From the NCBI GenBank assembly GCA_973895155.1, contig OZ316892.1:25133233-25197232 (forward strand): a stretch of 64,000 nucleotides of DNA, given 5' to 3'. Position numbers and translations under genes: made by a program. The stretch is from Marsupella aquatica. Taxonomy: Eukaryota > Plantae > Marchantiophyta. Under the pieces are notes generated by a model that saw nothing but the letters and a program-made list of their open reading frames with translations, did no database searches and was not told the DNA's origin. Below, one piece after another: positions 52,249-64,000 of the stretch (its first letter is position 1; each line of letters starts with the position of its first letter).

Positions 52249-55200
52249 TTAATCTGCCAAGGTTGGTGAGACAGCACTACCCGGGAATTTTCCTTCGATA
52301 AAATCTTGGAAACGTTTTGCATACAGCCTTGGATCCACTGCAGAAATGGAAGAAGAATCAAACTGGAAAGATTTGATAGCATGTTCAATGCGCTTGGATA
52401 TGTCGTATTCTTGCAGAATGTCGATGATGCCAAAATAGAGCACAACATCGTAGCTCTCACCAAAGATTTCCTTTTCCAGAGTCGCATTAGTATCGTTTTG
52501 ATGACTTCGAGGAATCCTATCTGCTCGTGCAGGCATGTTTACTCCCAATTGTATCCGCAACCTGCATGCCAAAATGAACAGGAACATTACCTAACAGCTG
52601 CAATCCTAAGCACTACCTGCAAGTAAAAACTACTTCACACAGCATATGCCTAACACCCATGATATTTACAACTTGATCCTGCAGAGGACACCTGACCAAG
52701 ACCACTTCTCATCCGCCCTAGTCACAACCATTTATCAAGGAATCGATTCTCCGTTAATTGACGAAGTAACCAGTTTAGGGTTTAGGGTGGATCTCGTTAA
52801 GTCCTTTTCGGTGAAATATGTACCTTGTTGCTGTTCCAGGCAGAAGTAGGTCGACTTCCCTATCTGCACTTAACCCAGCTCCAGAAGCTCTAAGTGGGCT
52901 ACCCCGTACATGAGAGCCTGCGGTTGTAGCAGGCTCTTGTCCTCGCTCACGAGCCACCAACATTAGGCCCCGAGTAGAACTCCATTCTTCTTCTAAAGGC
53001 AATTGCACTGCACACTCCCATATAGTATCTATTAGTCATGTGAGAGCAAACGCTATTACGGTACTATTTCTTCATATAGTATATATTAGTCATGTGAGAG
53101 CAAACGCTATTACGGTACTATTTCTTCATATAGTATCTATTAGTCATGTGAGAGCAAACGCTACTACGGTACTATTTCATCAACACTTCACATAATACTT
53201 AAACGACAGCCACAAAGATATGGAGGGAATTCTCGTTCAGTTGACCACAACTGCGAGAGCATGTCAACTCTGAACAATTGGACATCAACCAGCCTACTTC
53301 AAGTCAATAAAAGTCCAGATGCGGAACCCGCCAGACAACCAAACTAAAATGATTGTCCAAATTGAACAATATGTGACTTCGCACATTTAGCGCATGCAAA
53401 CAAATACGTCCAGAACCATTATAGGACTAGAAAATACCCTCATCTGCCCCAGTCAGAGCCTCAGGGGGTGCAGCCATCTCGGGTGTTGGAGAAGGGCCAG
53501 GTGAGATTGCCGGAGGATACTGTGGTGCCCTGAAATGAAGACCTAGCAATAGGCTGTAGTCCATTATCCGTTGCTGCTCCAAAAACTGGCAATCAAGATG
53601 AATTTGCCTGATAAACACAATCAAAGACGCTGCTCAAAACATCGACTGCGATCCTCAGCATATTACTATACGCAACAGCACAGAGGCTTTAGTTCTCAGT
53701 GCCCTTCCTATACCATTCAAATATTCGCTGGGATACAATTGGCAAACGAAACTAGCTTGCCCTCAAATCTTACAGTCGCTCTGTTCACGGAATGCAGTAC
53801 GTGGCTGAGCCTACAGTCAAAGCCAAACGAACGCCAAAATACTTGTGGACAAGGAATCAAGAGCGTACTTGAAAAGAGCTTCTCTCCAAGTGGGGTCAAG
53901 ACGAAAAACGAAGTCCAAATCTAAATCCTTGAGAACTGTGTTCTCGTCAATTTCAACTTTGTCAGCGGAACGTCCCTGGGAGGATCCTTTCAAATCAAAC
54001 CGCCGATGAATTCGGAGCTCCGTGCAAAACATGTTACCCATCACAATGAAACATACCTGCCAAATCAAATGTCTGTTGTTAGCGTAAGTAGTCATAGTCA
54101 CTACAGTGAAACATAATTAAAAAAGAAGAAGATAAAACTGGACAGATGAGCTCAGCAACAGTAGATTGTGCAAAGGTGGGATGAGAGAACAGCTTCCACT
54201 ACTGACCGAGGGTAAGGCCTCGCTGCGGGACTGTGCATCTGGGGACCGCCGTGACCCCTGACCAACATTAAAGCGAGAAACTGGATAAATGGACAGTACT
54301 TTGCAGCGAATATGGTGCCATAACACTAGCAGCAATACAGTGTTAAAGCTTGGCCTGTGCGAAAGAGAGAAATTACCAAGACAAGAATCCTTCAGAGAGG
54401 ATTTCCCCAGCAAGCACCCTCTTGGCTCTTCTAAAGATGCCGATGACCCAAAGCACAGCTTTGCTTCCATCAGGTACGACAACGGTGGACTACACGAGGA
54501 ACTTTAACAAGAACAATGTGACAAGTAATGAAACATACCTTGTGACCACCATAGGGTTTAACACGATGTAGACCAAAGAACTTTGTAATCAGAGTATTCT
54601 CATGAGTCTTTACGTGCTCAAGATAAGCCGGGAGCATTGCCAGAAGAACCTGCATGTACGTCACAAGTTAGGACAAAGTACACATATAGGATATCATAAC
54701 TTCAATATGAGATCAAAATTAGAGCCCACTTGGGAAGAATAATCATATTTTCAGTCACATAATGCTGACTTCCATCACCGATAAATGAGTTCGCTCAGAA
54801 ACGACCTTCTAGCGACAGAGGTGCACACCAATCATTCAAAAGACAAATTCAATCAGCAACTCAAATTTCATGGTCATACCGCACTAAGTTTCTGCTGCCT
54901 ACAAATCTACACTGACCTTCACTTCAGCTTTCCGCATTGTTTTAATGTAAAACCGGTCATCATGAGATACATAGAACACGCTGCCGCTTTTACCAGGAGA
55001 AGTAAGCTCTCTAAGTGCATCATTTCCGCATATCGAAAGCATGTAATCAGCTGCATCAATTTTAAATAGTTCTCTGAGGTGCCTGCAGGAATAAGTAATA
55101 AGAAGGTCAGTGATAAGAAGGTCAGTGAACTCAATTGGAACAGCTCGAGCTGCCTACGAGAAACGAACAGCTTCGGAGAAGCAGGATCACCATACCCTGC

Positions 55201-56973
55201 TAAGGCTATCCGCCTGAGCCACCATCTGCAGTTGCTGCATATAAAAACCCAAAATTGTCTGAAGACGTAGGCAAGGGTGAAATTTAGAGAAAAGCTAACC
55301 TGAACACCATTGGACAGTAATCTTTCCATCTGAAGTCGGACGACTGATGAGGCGGCGTGAGTGATGTCCCAGACTTAGGAAACTTTACACTAAGACTTGC
55401 TCGATATCCAAAATCTGCTGGACTGAGTTCAGTCTTTGGCTCTGGTGTGATTTTGCCAACTGTGTACCTGCGAATTGTCACGAAGCGTTGGTTACTGTTA
55501 TCTTGCACGAACTACCTTCAATCTCATTCAACAACCTAAGTTTCCAATATCAAGTGCAAGTGCTGTGATGCCAACATTCAGTTTGAGACACTTCCTGGGA
55601 ACAAGAAGCACGAAAAGCAGATGCGAATCATAACAGACAGCTTGCACTACAGAAGCAGTTCATACTACACAGTTATTGACAGAACTTAACCTGATTCCAA
55701 GCTGAAGGTTCATCATAAGATCATAACTCCTATGCCCTTTATATATAGTTTCTCCGGGTCTCTTGATCTCTTTAACCAAGCGACGCTGACGCCTCCTGGC
55801 ACTCCTTGGAAGTGGGGCACCAACATCTATCAACAGTTCACTTATTAGCACCCCCTGCACATACTCCCTTTCTACAATCGGTGGTGCTAGTGGAACTACA
55901 CTTTCTAATGAATGCCTCCCATTATCTCCTCCTTCGTCTACTTCCAAAATTGGCTGTCCTGCCAAGCTAGGATTGCCTGTTTCCAAACCCAGCACCATCT
56001 CAAGAGCACCCTCTAGACTCCATCGCCTTTCTAACGAAGGTCCTCTGCGAAGTTGGCTGTCTGGCAGTTTACCATCACTAGAAGAAACATTTACAGAAGA
56101 AGATGAGCGACTCCCTCTGCGAGACACTGTATATTGCTCATTGTCAGAGAATGACGATACTCTGAAGTTGTTTTTCCGAGGAACAGGCCCAAGGTCATCC
56201 CTAATTGCTTTAGGAACGCCATTCCGAAATCCATCTGCCCGTTGACTCCCAGTTGGATAAAACACGCCCCTCCCATCCTTCAATCCTCTGCTCCATGTCC
56301 CAACATATTTACCTCCGTTTTGCCAAGTGTAGGTGCCATGTCCATGCTCCAATCCATCAACCCATTGACCATCAAACTTGTCTCCACTGGCCCAAGTCAG
56401 GACACCTCTCCCACACATGGTCCCATTCTTCCATTCACCGAGATACTCATTGCCATTTTTCCATCGATATCGACCGTAGCCCTCAGGAACCCCTTGCTTC
56501 CAGGACCCTTCATAAACATCACCATTTCTATAGCTCTTACGCCCAAGGCCATGCTTCACGTTCATGTTCCAGTGCCCTTTGTAAGTGGTGCCATCAGTTC
56601 CAGTGTAAGTCCCCACTCCATGCATAAAACCTCCTTGGAAGTCCCCTTCGTAAGTGGCTCCTGACGGCCATGATATCTTTCCTCTGCCAGTTTTCTTACC
56701 CCTTCCCCACTCCCCCTCATACATGCACCCATCAGACCACAAATACTTGCCATTTCCTTCTGGAAGGCTCCCTTGCCAGGATCCCACGTAGAAGTCTCCA
56801 TTGGGCAATTGCTTTTCCCCAGTAAACTGCGTGAGGGGGATCCCAACATCGGGTGGGGCCTTCACCTGCTCTTCCGCAGGAGCAACATGGACACCTGACG
56901 AAACTTCGACTAAAGGGCGAGGATCTCGAGGCAAGTCCTCCTCATCGTCGACATGGGCCACAGGGCCAGACAT
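52249..56973 (-). CDS. PIP5K: Phosphatidylinositol-4-phosphate 5-kinase with MORN repeats (PIP5K9-like), about 860 aa. Exons 56973-55691, 55467-55300, 55082-54917, 54649-54539, 54056-53869, 53607-53438, 53007-52824, 52561-52249
   Basis: Eight MORN repeats, then [82 protein letters not shown] and [16 protein letters not shown]. All junctions are GT-AG and the total length is divisible by 3. The first in-frame ATG gives MSGPVA. Confidence 0.96.
53019..53178. repeat. Intronic minisatellite, 54-bp unit x3
   Basis: catatagtat(c/a)tattagtcatgtgagagcaaacgcta(t/c)tacggtactatttc(tt) occurs three times, next to the PIP5K exon 7 acceptor. Confidence 0.92.
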
Positions 56974-59769
56974 GCAGAAAGCCCCCGTCGGAGCAATCTT
57001 TTCAGGGGCTACTGCACGCTTTCTTGTCTTCCACTGCAAATCGTCTATAAGGTTACGAACTACATGTCCTGTATTATGCAGGAGGACATTGCCTCTGTGC
57101 CCACTCTCGTTATCTTTTAACTTCGCCACTGTGAAAGACTACAGAATCCACCGCAAAACTGGGTGCAAAATTGGCAGAATCCACGAGTCACATCGATAAG
57201 CGACAAACCACTGAATTCTGGAGAACAGCAAGAAAGATCTCTACTTCTTCCGGTGTCCGCTAGACCCACTTGTTTCAGATCCAGAATCAAAATTTCCGTA
57301 CTAGACGTAGTCCAATTCCTCCACAGGAATGTCAGATTCAGACCAAGGAAGATCAACCTACCACTCTAATGATCTCGATATAGCAGCGAACGATACGACT
57401 GCAAGAACGTTAATTCAGATATAGCAGCCAAAGGTTTCCATGGTAATATTTGAAGCAGCTGTCGCGATTCTCATCTACACCAAGCTAAGTGTTTTCAGAC
57501 TCTTTAAGAACCCATATCCAGTGTCCACTGCAAGAATGCTTTGGACACCCTCTGGTCCACATTGTCGCAAACTCCTATCCTGGAGTCTAGTCCTTGACAA
57601 CTCCCAGAGCATTATTCAAAATTCAACCAGGAAAAGAACCTTCCTTATAATAGCACTACACCACTGTTCGGAATACGGTCCGTTGGACACCACCCACAGT
57701 CCGCAAAGCTTGTAACACACCTCTCAGTAATCAGGTACGGATACCAGTAACTTTCTCTTCCAAAGTTTATGACTCTCTTGCTGATAATAGAACCATCGTT
57801 GCAAATGACCACCTCGAAATATGTAGACCTGCTCATCAATCCAACGTGCATGATATCACTTTCACAAAATCAAGTATTCTACTAGTAAATGTGATGTCAA
57901 AGACGATAATTGGAACCACTTTCAATAAGACCACTCAATAGCAAAACATTTTCTGAAAGTCTAAAACCTTCACAGGTATTCTAACATGAATCGAGTGATC
58001 TTTTTCATCCACTAGCATGCTTGCAGACATATGTACATGAGGTTCTCGTGATGATGAAGGGTATGTATCCATCCACTTGTAGAAATTCAAGAGTGTCATC
58101 CGCTCAAAAATCTATGGCAAAGAATCGTCACCATCCATAATATGACAGGGCAACCGATTCACAATGCGAATGAGGACTATCCAGCAAAACGTACAGCACA
58201 ATACCTAATCTATTCCTTGCCCATAGTCACTGGAGAAGGACAAGACGAGTAAAAAAATAATTAACAATAGAACTGGGCGGACGACCACAAAACTGGGAAC
58301 AGTGTTCATAAACAACTCAGACAGAGAGTTCGAGATAAATTGACAAAGCTGGAAATTGGCTGTTGAATGATTTCAAAAACCAAACGTACTCAGGTTTAGG
58401 GGAAGGGATGCCGGGAAGGAAATTGGGAAGATACGTCAGAAAACAATGTTGCACAAGCGTTAGCACAGCACAAGAAAACGAAGCCCCAAGGACTCCAGAC
58501 TTTGGAGATAAACTGTGGGTAACCCGTTTCACCATACGTCGGAAGCAAAAGCATTCTTGTCCTACTTTTCACATTATCAAGTAATGTGTGGAAATGGCAC
58601 ATATAAACAAAGGGTGCCCCAACTACTAGGCCCTTGTCATAACTTTCAAATCCTAAAGAGAGAACGGATGATTCCTTAGCGAGGGCTCTGAGAAGTGAAA
58701 AGGATACAGAAGAACTTGAATATAAAACTGCAAGAAGTAAACGAATCCAACCACGAGCGGGTCCAAACACAAATGTTGCAGTAACCGGACTAGAATCCGG
58801 AGGAAACTTTCTCGCAAATGGAATTAGCTTGGGGAAAGTAGCAAAGGTGTAAATCAGGGGCAGACCTTTCAACTAACGAGAATACTGGGCGTAATATTTG
58901 GGCAACGACAACTTTAGGCTTAGTAATTACCTCCAAGGAGTATTCAACTTGGACGACACTCGACTAGAACGAGCCTCTTCGACATACCTAGAACGACAAA
59001 GCAAAAACAAAGGCAAACACAAGCACAAACACAAACGATGCATTCCTACAGAAACAATAGGAAGCACATTAAGCGTCAATCCAACGCACACCCTCTCGGT
59101 CTTCATTGCCGCGAGAAGACTAGCACACATGCAACAAATCTTGCGTGAATAAGGAGTCCTATCCAAGCTCACTGGGCCCAGTAGACACCTGAAATTGGCG
59201 GCGAGATGAATTTGGCTCCGACTCTCATCAACAATGTGTATGAGTTCCGGCAGCAGTCTACTGTAGCACTACTTGGAAAACTGGACGAAACGAGATGGCA
59301 TCAGCAGATGCTCCTCTAAAGGATGCTCGCACATGTGTGACTGCCGTCGACAGAAAAACTCTGTTCGCGACTCTGAAGCCCACCCGACTTCAATAAAACA
59401 CTACATCATATCCCGACCACTGATGTCTAAGTCTGGCATCCTCGACACACAACATCCGCACCTCAAACTCGTTCGACCAAACCCGCTGGCTGACAAACTT
59501 CACGGCCAACGAGGGATGGATCCATAATCGAGTCTTGCGGCGGTCAACAGACGTAAAATAACAGGCTTCGGAGATTCTAGAGGAACTCGGAGCATCCGAA
59601 GAAAGAGGAATTACGTATTCGACTCGATCTATCGTAGAAATGATTAAACTTCCCCAAGATAGAACACCTGCCCGGCGCAATGGAGTCGCCCTCGACACAG
59701 ATGTATGCAGAGGGTGAGAATACTAAGGCTGTCATCGCGACAAAGCTGAACCGTGGAACGACGGCCAAC

Positions 59770-60589
59770 CATTACCAACGGCTAGAAATCAGGTGATCAA
59801 CCGAAGATGTAACATCCAACTGGTCGCAACACAAGAGACCAATGGAGGACAATTGCAGTAAATGAGCAAGCTCGTTTCTAAGGGCAACAGCCACTACAAA
59901 TGCCGAGTCAAAAGCGGGTCGATTGACGGTCCTTACTTGCAATTTGAGATGCCTACTGACGGAAATCAAGACGCCGTCTTTCCACCATATCACTCGGTCT
60001 CATCTCCCGCACACGGTACAGAGAACTTCTTCAACATTCGCGTCCCAAAACTTTTCCTTGCGATGCCACCGCCATTCTCCTCTACTCCTCTACTCCTCCA
60101 GTCTCTCGTCACTATCCCCTCCACATTCCCCAAACCTTCCCGATCACAAAAACACCTCCTACTCCTCCTTCTGCTCCTCTTCTCAGAAACCTACCAACCA
60201 ACCCTTGCGTTCTTGACCTTTCCAGTCCAATTTCCTTCCTTTTCCTTGCCTTTCCAAATCGACCTTCGATTCCGCAGATGTCCCCCCCTCCATATCTTGT
60301 CCTGCTGCTCTCCTTCACGACCAAAACAGCCCTGTCTCCTTCCTTCCTTGCCACAAATCGCGCTCCCCTCCTCTTCCTCCTCCCTCTCCCCTCCCGTCCT
60401 CCCAGCCTTTACTTCCCCACTGCATCAGCAGATTCACAGTCGTCGTCCTCCTCCTCCTCTGTCCTCACCCCGCCAACATCACCGTTCTCGGTCCTCCTGC
60501 TTCGTCGACGAATATAACACCACCTCCACCCGAACCTCAACCCCACCAAACCAAAACCAAACCAAACCAAACCCACGCACGCACGCACG

Positions 60590-60621
<32 letters not shown>

Positions 60622-60980
60622 TCTCGTCCAATCGATCAGCCGAACAACCTCAAGCTCTCTCTCGTCTCTCACTCCCTCTCCGCTCTCTCGGATCGTTCCT
60701 CCCTGGCTCTCCCTACTTCACCTCTGATGCCCGGCATCGCATGTCCAGAAAGCTCACACACTACCATCACCACGCAGGGGTCGATCATCCCGGCCCCGAC
60801 CGACCAAGCCAGAGAGATGTCGACCCAAACGAGACCGACCACGCTGCACGCAGCAAGGACGACGAGCTTGAGCTACGGTATCCGCAGCACGACATACAGA
60901 CACTAGTAGTAGTAGTACATTATTGTTGTGGAGACCGAACGAGAGAGAGAGCGACAGAGCGAGAGAGAGAATTGCCCCGC
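59770..60980 (-). other. Probable long 5' UTR exon / TSS region of PIP5K
   Basis: A CT-rich Y-patch on the minus strand at about 60940-60970, a purine-rich low-complexity leader, a donor-like TG|GTAATG at about 59775, and an acceptor TTTCACAG at 57129 upstream of the ATG. Confidence 0.45.
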
Positions 60981-61559
60981 GATTACCGTACTTTCAAACT
61001 ACTTGCGCCCGTTTACGGTAATCAGGGCATGTCTGGGCATCACTAACGCGCATCAAGGTACCACTTTAATCGCCCACTGACAGGTGATTACAGTAATGGT
61101 AGCGTGGGTAGTGCTTTGTGATGGACGAAAAGTTCCTTTGACTTGCTCTCAAACTGTCATGAGTGGGGGCATTTTTAATATTTCCAATCTAAAGAGTTTT
61201 TTAGGAGTGGTTTTCTGGGCATTTTGTCGACACCCAGCAAAAACACGTGGTCACTCACTCACTATACTTTAATTCACATAAACCGCGTTTTCCACCCTGG
61301 TTCTGGAAAATTTGATCCTGAAAGCTCTCATTTTTTTTTACACTGTTATATGGAGAGATATGTTTAGTAGACCCCCTTCAGGAAAAAGTTTACTTAATCA
61401 ACCCCCTCGATACTTTTCTCCAATCTGGATCGTTGATGGTCCTTTCGATTTCAGATCTGGACTGTTGATAGACCTCAGGGGATCGATCAAGTAACAACTT
61501 GCATTTTGGGGGTTAAAATACCTCCTGTTATATCGCACATCACTAGTCTCCTAAACTCA

Positions 61560-62040
61560 ATTTTTTAGTTATTCTTCTAACTTAATTTGAGCTATGAAGG
61601 CTGTTTTCTTTGTTATTCTATCCATTTTCTAATAAGCTAAAATATCATATAAGTTTCTTCTCTTTCTCTGCATACCATCCCATTACCTTTTTCAATTAAA
61701 TTATTTACAATAGTTTGTAATTTTGCCCCTTTTCAGGCCTCTGTATCTATATTAAAATCCTGTTGCAAAGGGCAGGACTCGCTTCAAGGGTCAATCTTGA
61801 TAATATGTTTAGTTTGTAAATATTATTACCATGGCTCCCTTGGCCTGCTCCTCCTTACCGTGTGCACACAATCTAAGACTTGTGCACCCCTATCGTTCCC
61901 CTTGTTCACCGTTTGGAAGTTTATAATCATTTCCAGTACTTCATTACAAATGAATCTTTTAATAAGGTTAGATGTGATATGATGACATAGTTTTTGTATA
62001 CTTTTCAATAAGTCAAAATAGAAATACATTAGAATGATAA
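61560..62040. mobile_element. Diverged second copy of the 32760-33340 dispersed repeat
   Basis: Colinear shared blocks with 32760-33340. Confidence 0.5.
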
Positions 62041-64000
62041 GAAGGCATTACAATGAACATACAATATCATATTCAATTGTATTACTTTCATTGGCTTGGA
62101 GCCTAATCAGCTTACTCTGTCTTTGAGATTTTTTATTTGTACTTTTGTTTCAAGTAGCCTCAGACAAGGTGCTTCTTTGTATTATTGGACTTGAAATTGT
62201 TTTTGCCCCCTTCTTAATGTTTGTAATTTTCTTGACCACCTCTTCATATCTATATTTATTTTTCAATCTTGCCCATCCTTTGCTGGAATAGGCATTTTTA
62301 TCTTCACATTTAAATTACATTAAATTGACAATTCCCCAAGAAATGCATATACAAGGGACACTCTAAGCTATCTTTTTTCAAGAATGTGAGAAGAAAACAT
62401 TTCAAGATAATACCATCTGCTCCCCTTATTCTAAATTGATGGTTTTGAGTGACTCGTGTCACTAACCAAAGACATTATGAGAGAAATATGAAAAGGCCGT
62501 CATTTTATAACATGCATTGATAATCTCTCAAAACCAGAACAGTTGCGTACAACAAAGACTACATTTGGACATAAAAGTGAAAAGTGAAGCCATCACTTTG
62601 TAATATCATGAGAAGTGAGAAGAGGGCACAGGCACTGAGTCACCCAAAACTAGCATATTTTTGCTGTAAAGTAAATCATAAAAAATTCATCCATACTCTA
62701 GCAAAGTATGATGCTATTATTCATATTAACATCGTGATCTGTTAGAGGGGGACACACTAAGCTAGTTTCTTTCCCTTTGGACTTACTCACACCTTTAGAT
62801 AATTAAAAGAAAATTGTGTTTCTGATTTACCTAGATATGATAGTTGTAAAACCTTTTTTATACCATTCAGAGAAGGTTACTTAAAGTTGGAGCAACCCCG
62901 TTGTGAGTGGTCGTTGTACGTTGTCCTAGACAAGATTTTTTTGAGTGTGATTTTTTGCATTTTCTCATCTAGCCAACCCTAGTGTTTATGAATTATTTCT
63001 AAAAAAACCATATTTTCTTATTTCTCCTCACCTGACCTCAATTTCCTCCACTGTCTTAACCCAAGAATAAATTTTCAGCCCAACTTTTCTGGAACGTAAC
63101 TTATTGTGCCGAGTGCCAAGAAATTATAAATGACCATTATTTGCGCGACCGAATTCTTATTATGGTACGGTCCCTGACCGACCCTAATCTCGTTCTATTA
63201 CTGCTAACTAATCAATGCGATCGACCGTTAGGAACGGGATTAATGGTCGAGGTTAGGGTTAGTGTCGACCACCACTAATTAATTTCGTTGTAATTACTCT
63301 CCGATTACACCAGTCCTTGCAGTGTGGTATAACTACGGTACTGGACTACAGTAGACTCTGGTTAGGCAGGGAGCCAGGGAAAGGGTCTACAAGGGGTGGG
63401 TTGGCCATCCCGGTCAAACCTCGGCCCTTAATCTACTCATACATCTTTAGGCAGTCCCTGAGTCCCTCTAAACCGTGTTTGAAAACTAATATGAAAGCAC
63501 TTTTCGAGAAAGAGGAAAAAAAAACATATGCGTATTGTAAGACGGTATTGTCACATCTCATAGGCTGGATGGACCATATCCATCCAAGGATCCATCCCAT
63601 ATAAGGTCGGAAAAATGGCTTTTTACTAACCTATGTCCCAAAGTGTTCATAATTATCACCCTGTCCCCCAAATTATCTTAATTCCTAAGTTTGCTCTCTT
63701 TTTTCATATTGATTATTCTAACTCCTCTATTGAACCCAAGGTAAATCCAGCATTGGTCGCCTGCCACATGGCAAGGTACTATATGCCACACGCAACCCTG
63801 GCTGGTTCAGAATTTACCTTAACCTGGGCTGATTCATTCCCATTTTTACAATTTATGGAGCACTGGGCTGGCTCCTGTGCGTTGCAGTAAGACAGCCCCG
63901 ACCCGGCTTCCTCCCCACCCAACTTACCCGCAAACGCAGGCCTGACAACATGGCCTGAGACATGGCCACCCTTTCCTTCCCTTTGCCTGTCGGGTACTCC

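Noticed and set aside
59862-61046. 394-aa plus-strand ORF
   Set aside because: Low-complexity Pro/Ser/Leu translation of a pyrimidine-rich strand antisense to the probable PIP5K 5' UTR. It includes microsatellite-derived LPAC repeats and has no domain.

Overview
Eukaryotic nuclear DNA from a land plant. The gene set, intron style and composition suggest a bryophyte, probably a liverwort (inference). Six spliced protein-coding genes were reconstructed by hand: (1) the 5' part of a TPR-RING-LON (LONRF / At1g18660-like) gene, minus strand, running off the left edge through a GC-AG intron; (2) a plastid-type NSI/SNAT-like GNAT acetyltransferase, plus strand; (3) a CYP78-family cytochrome P450, minus strand, whose single intron is in frame and stop-free; (4) a highly divergent DP (E2F dimerisation partner) transcription factor, minus strand 34800-38277, largely missed by the ORF track, with an E2F-like RRIYDVVNVLE helix and large insertions; (5) a long FLS2/EFR-like LRR receptor kinase with about 35 LRRs and an RD kinase; (6) a MORN-repeat PIP5K with a long 5' leader. 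Intergenic DNA holds non-autonomous transposons with recognisable target-site duplications (a Mutator-like foldback element, two copies of an 8-bp-TSD MITE, a Tc1/mariner-like element, a tRNA-derived SINE) and many minisatellites. The most notable item is the cryptic divergent DP gene. No prokaryotic-type system such as CRISPR is present. All calls come from manual reading and recalled family motifs; no searches were run.
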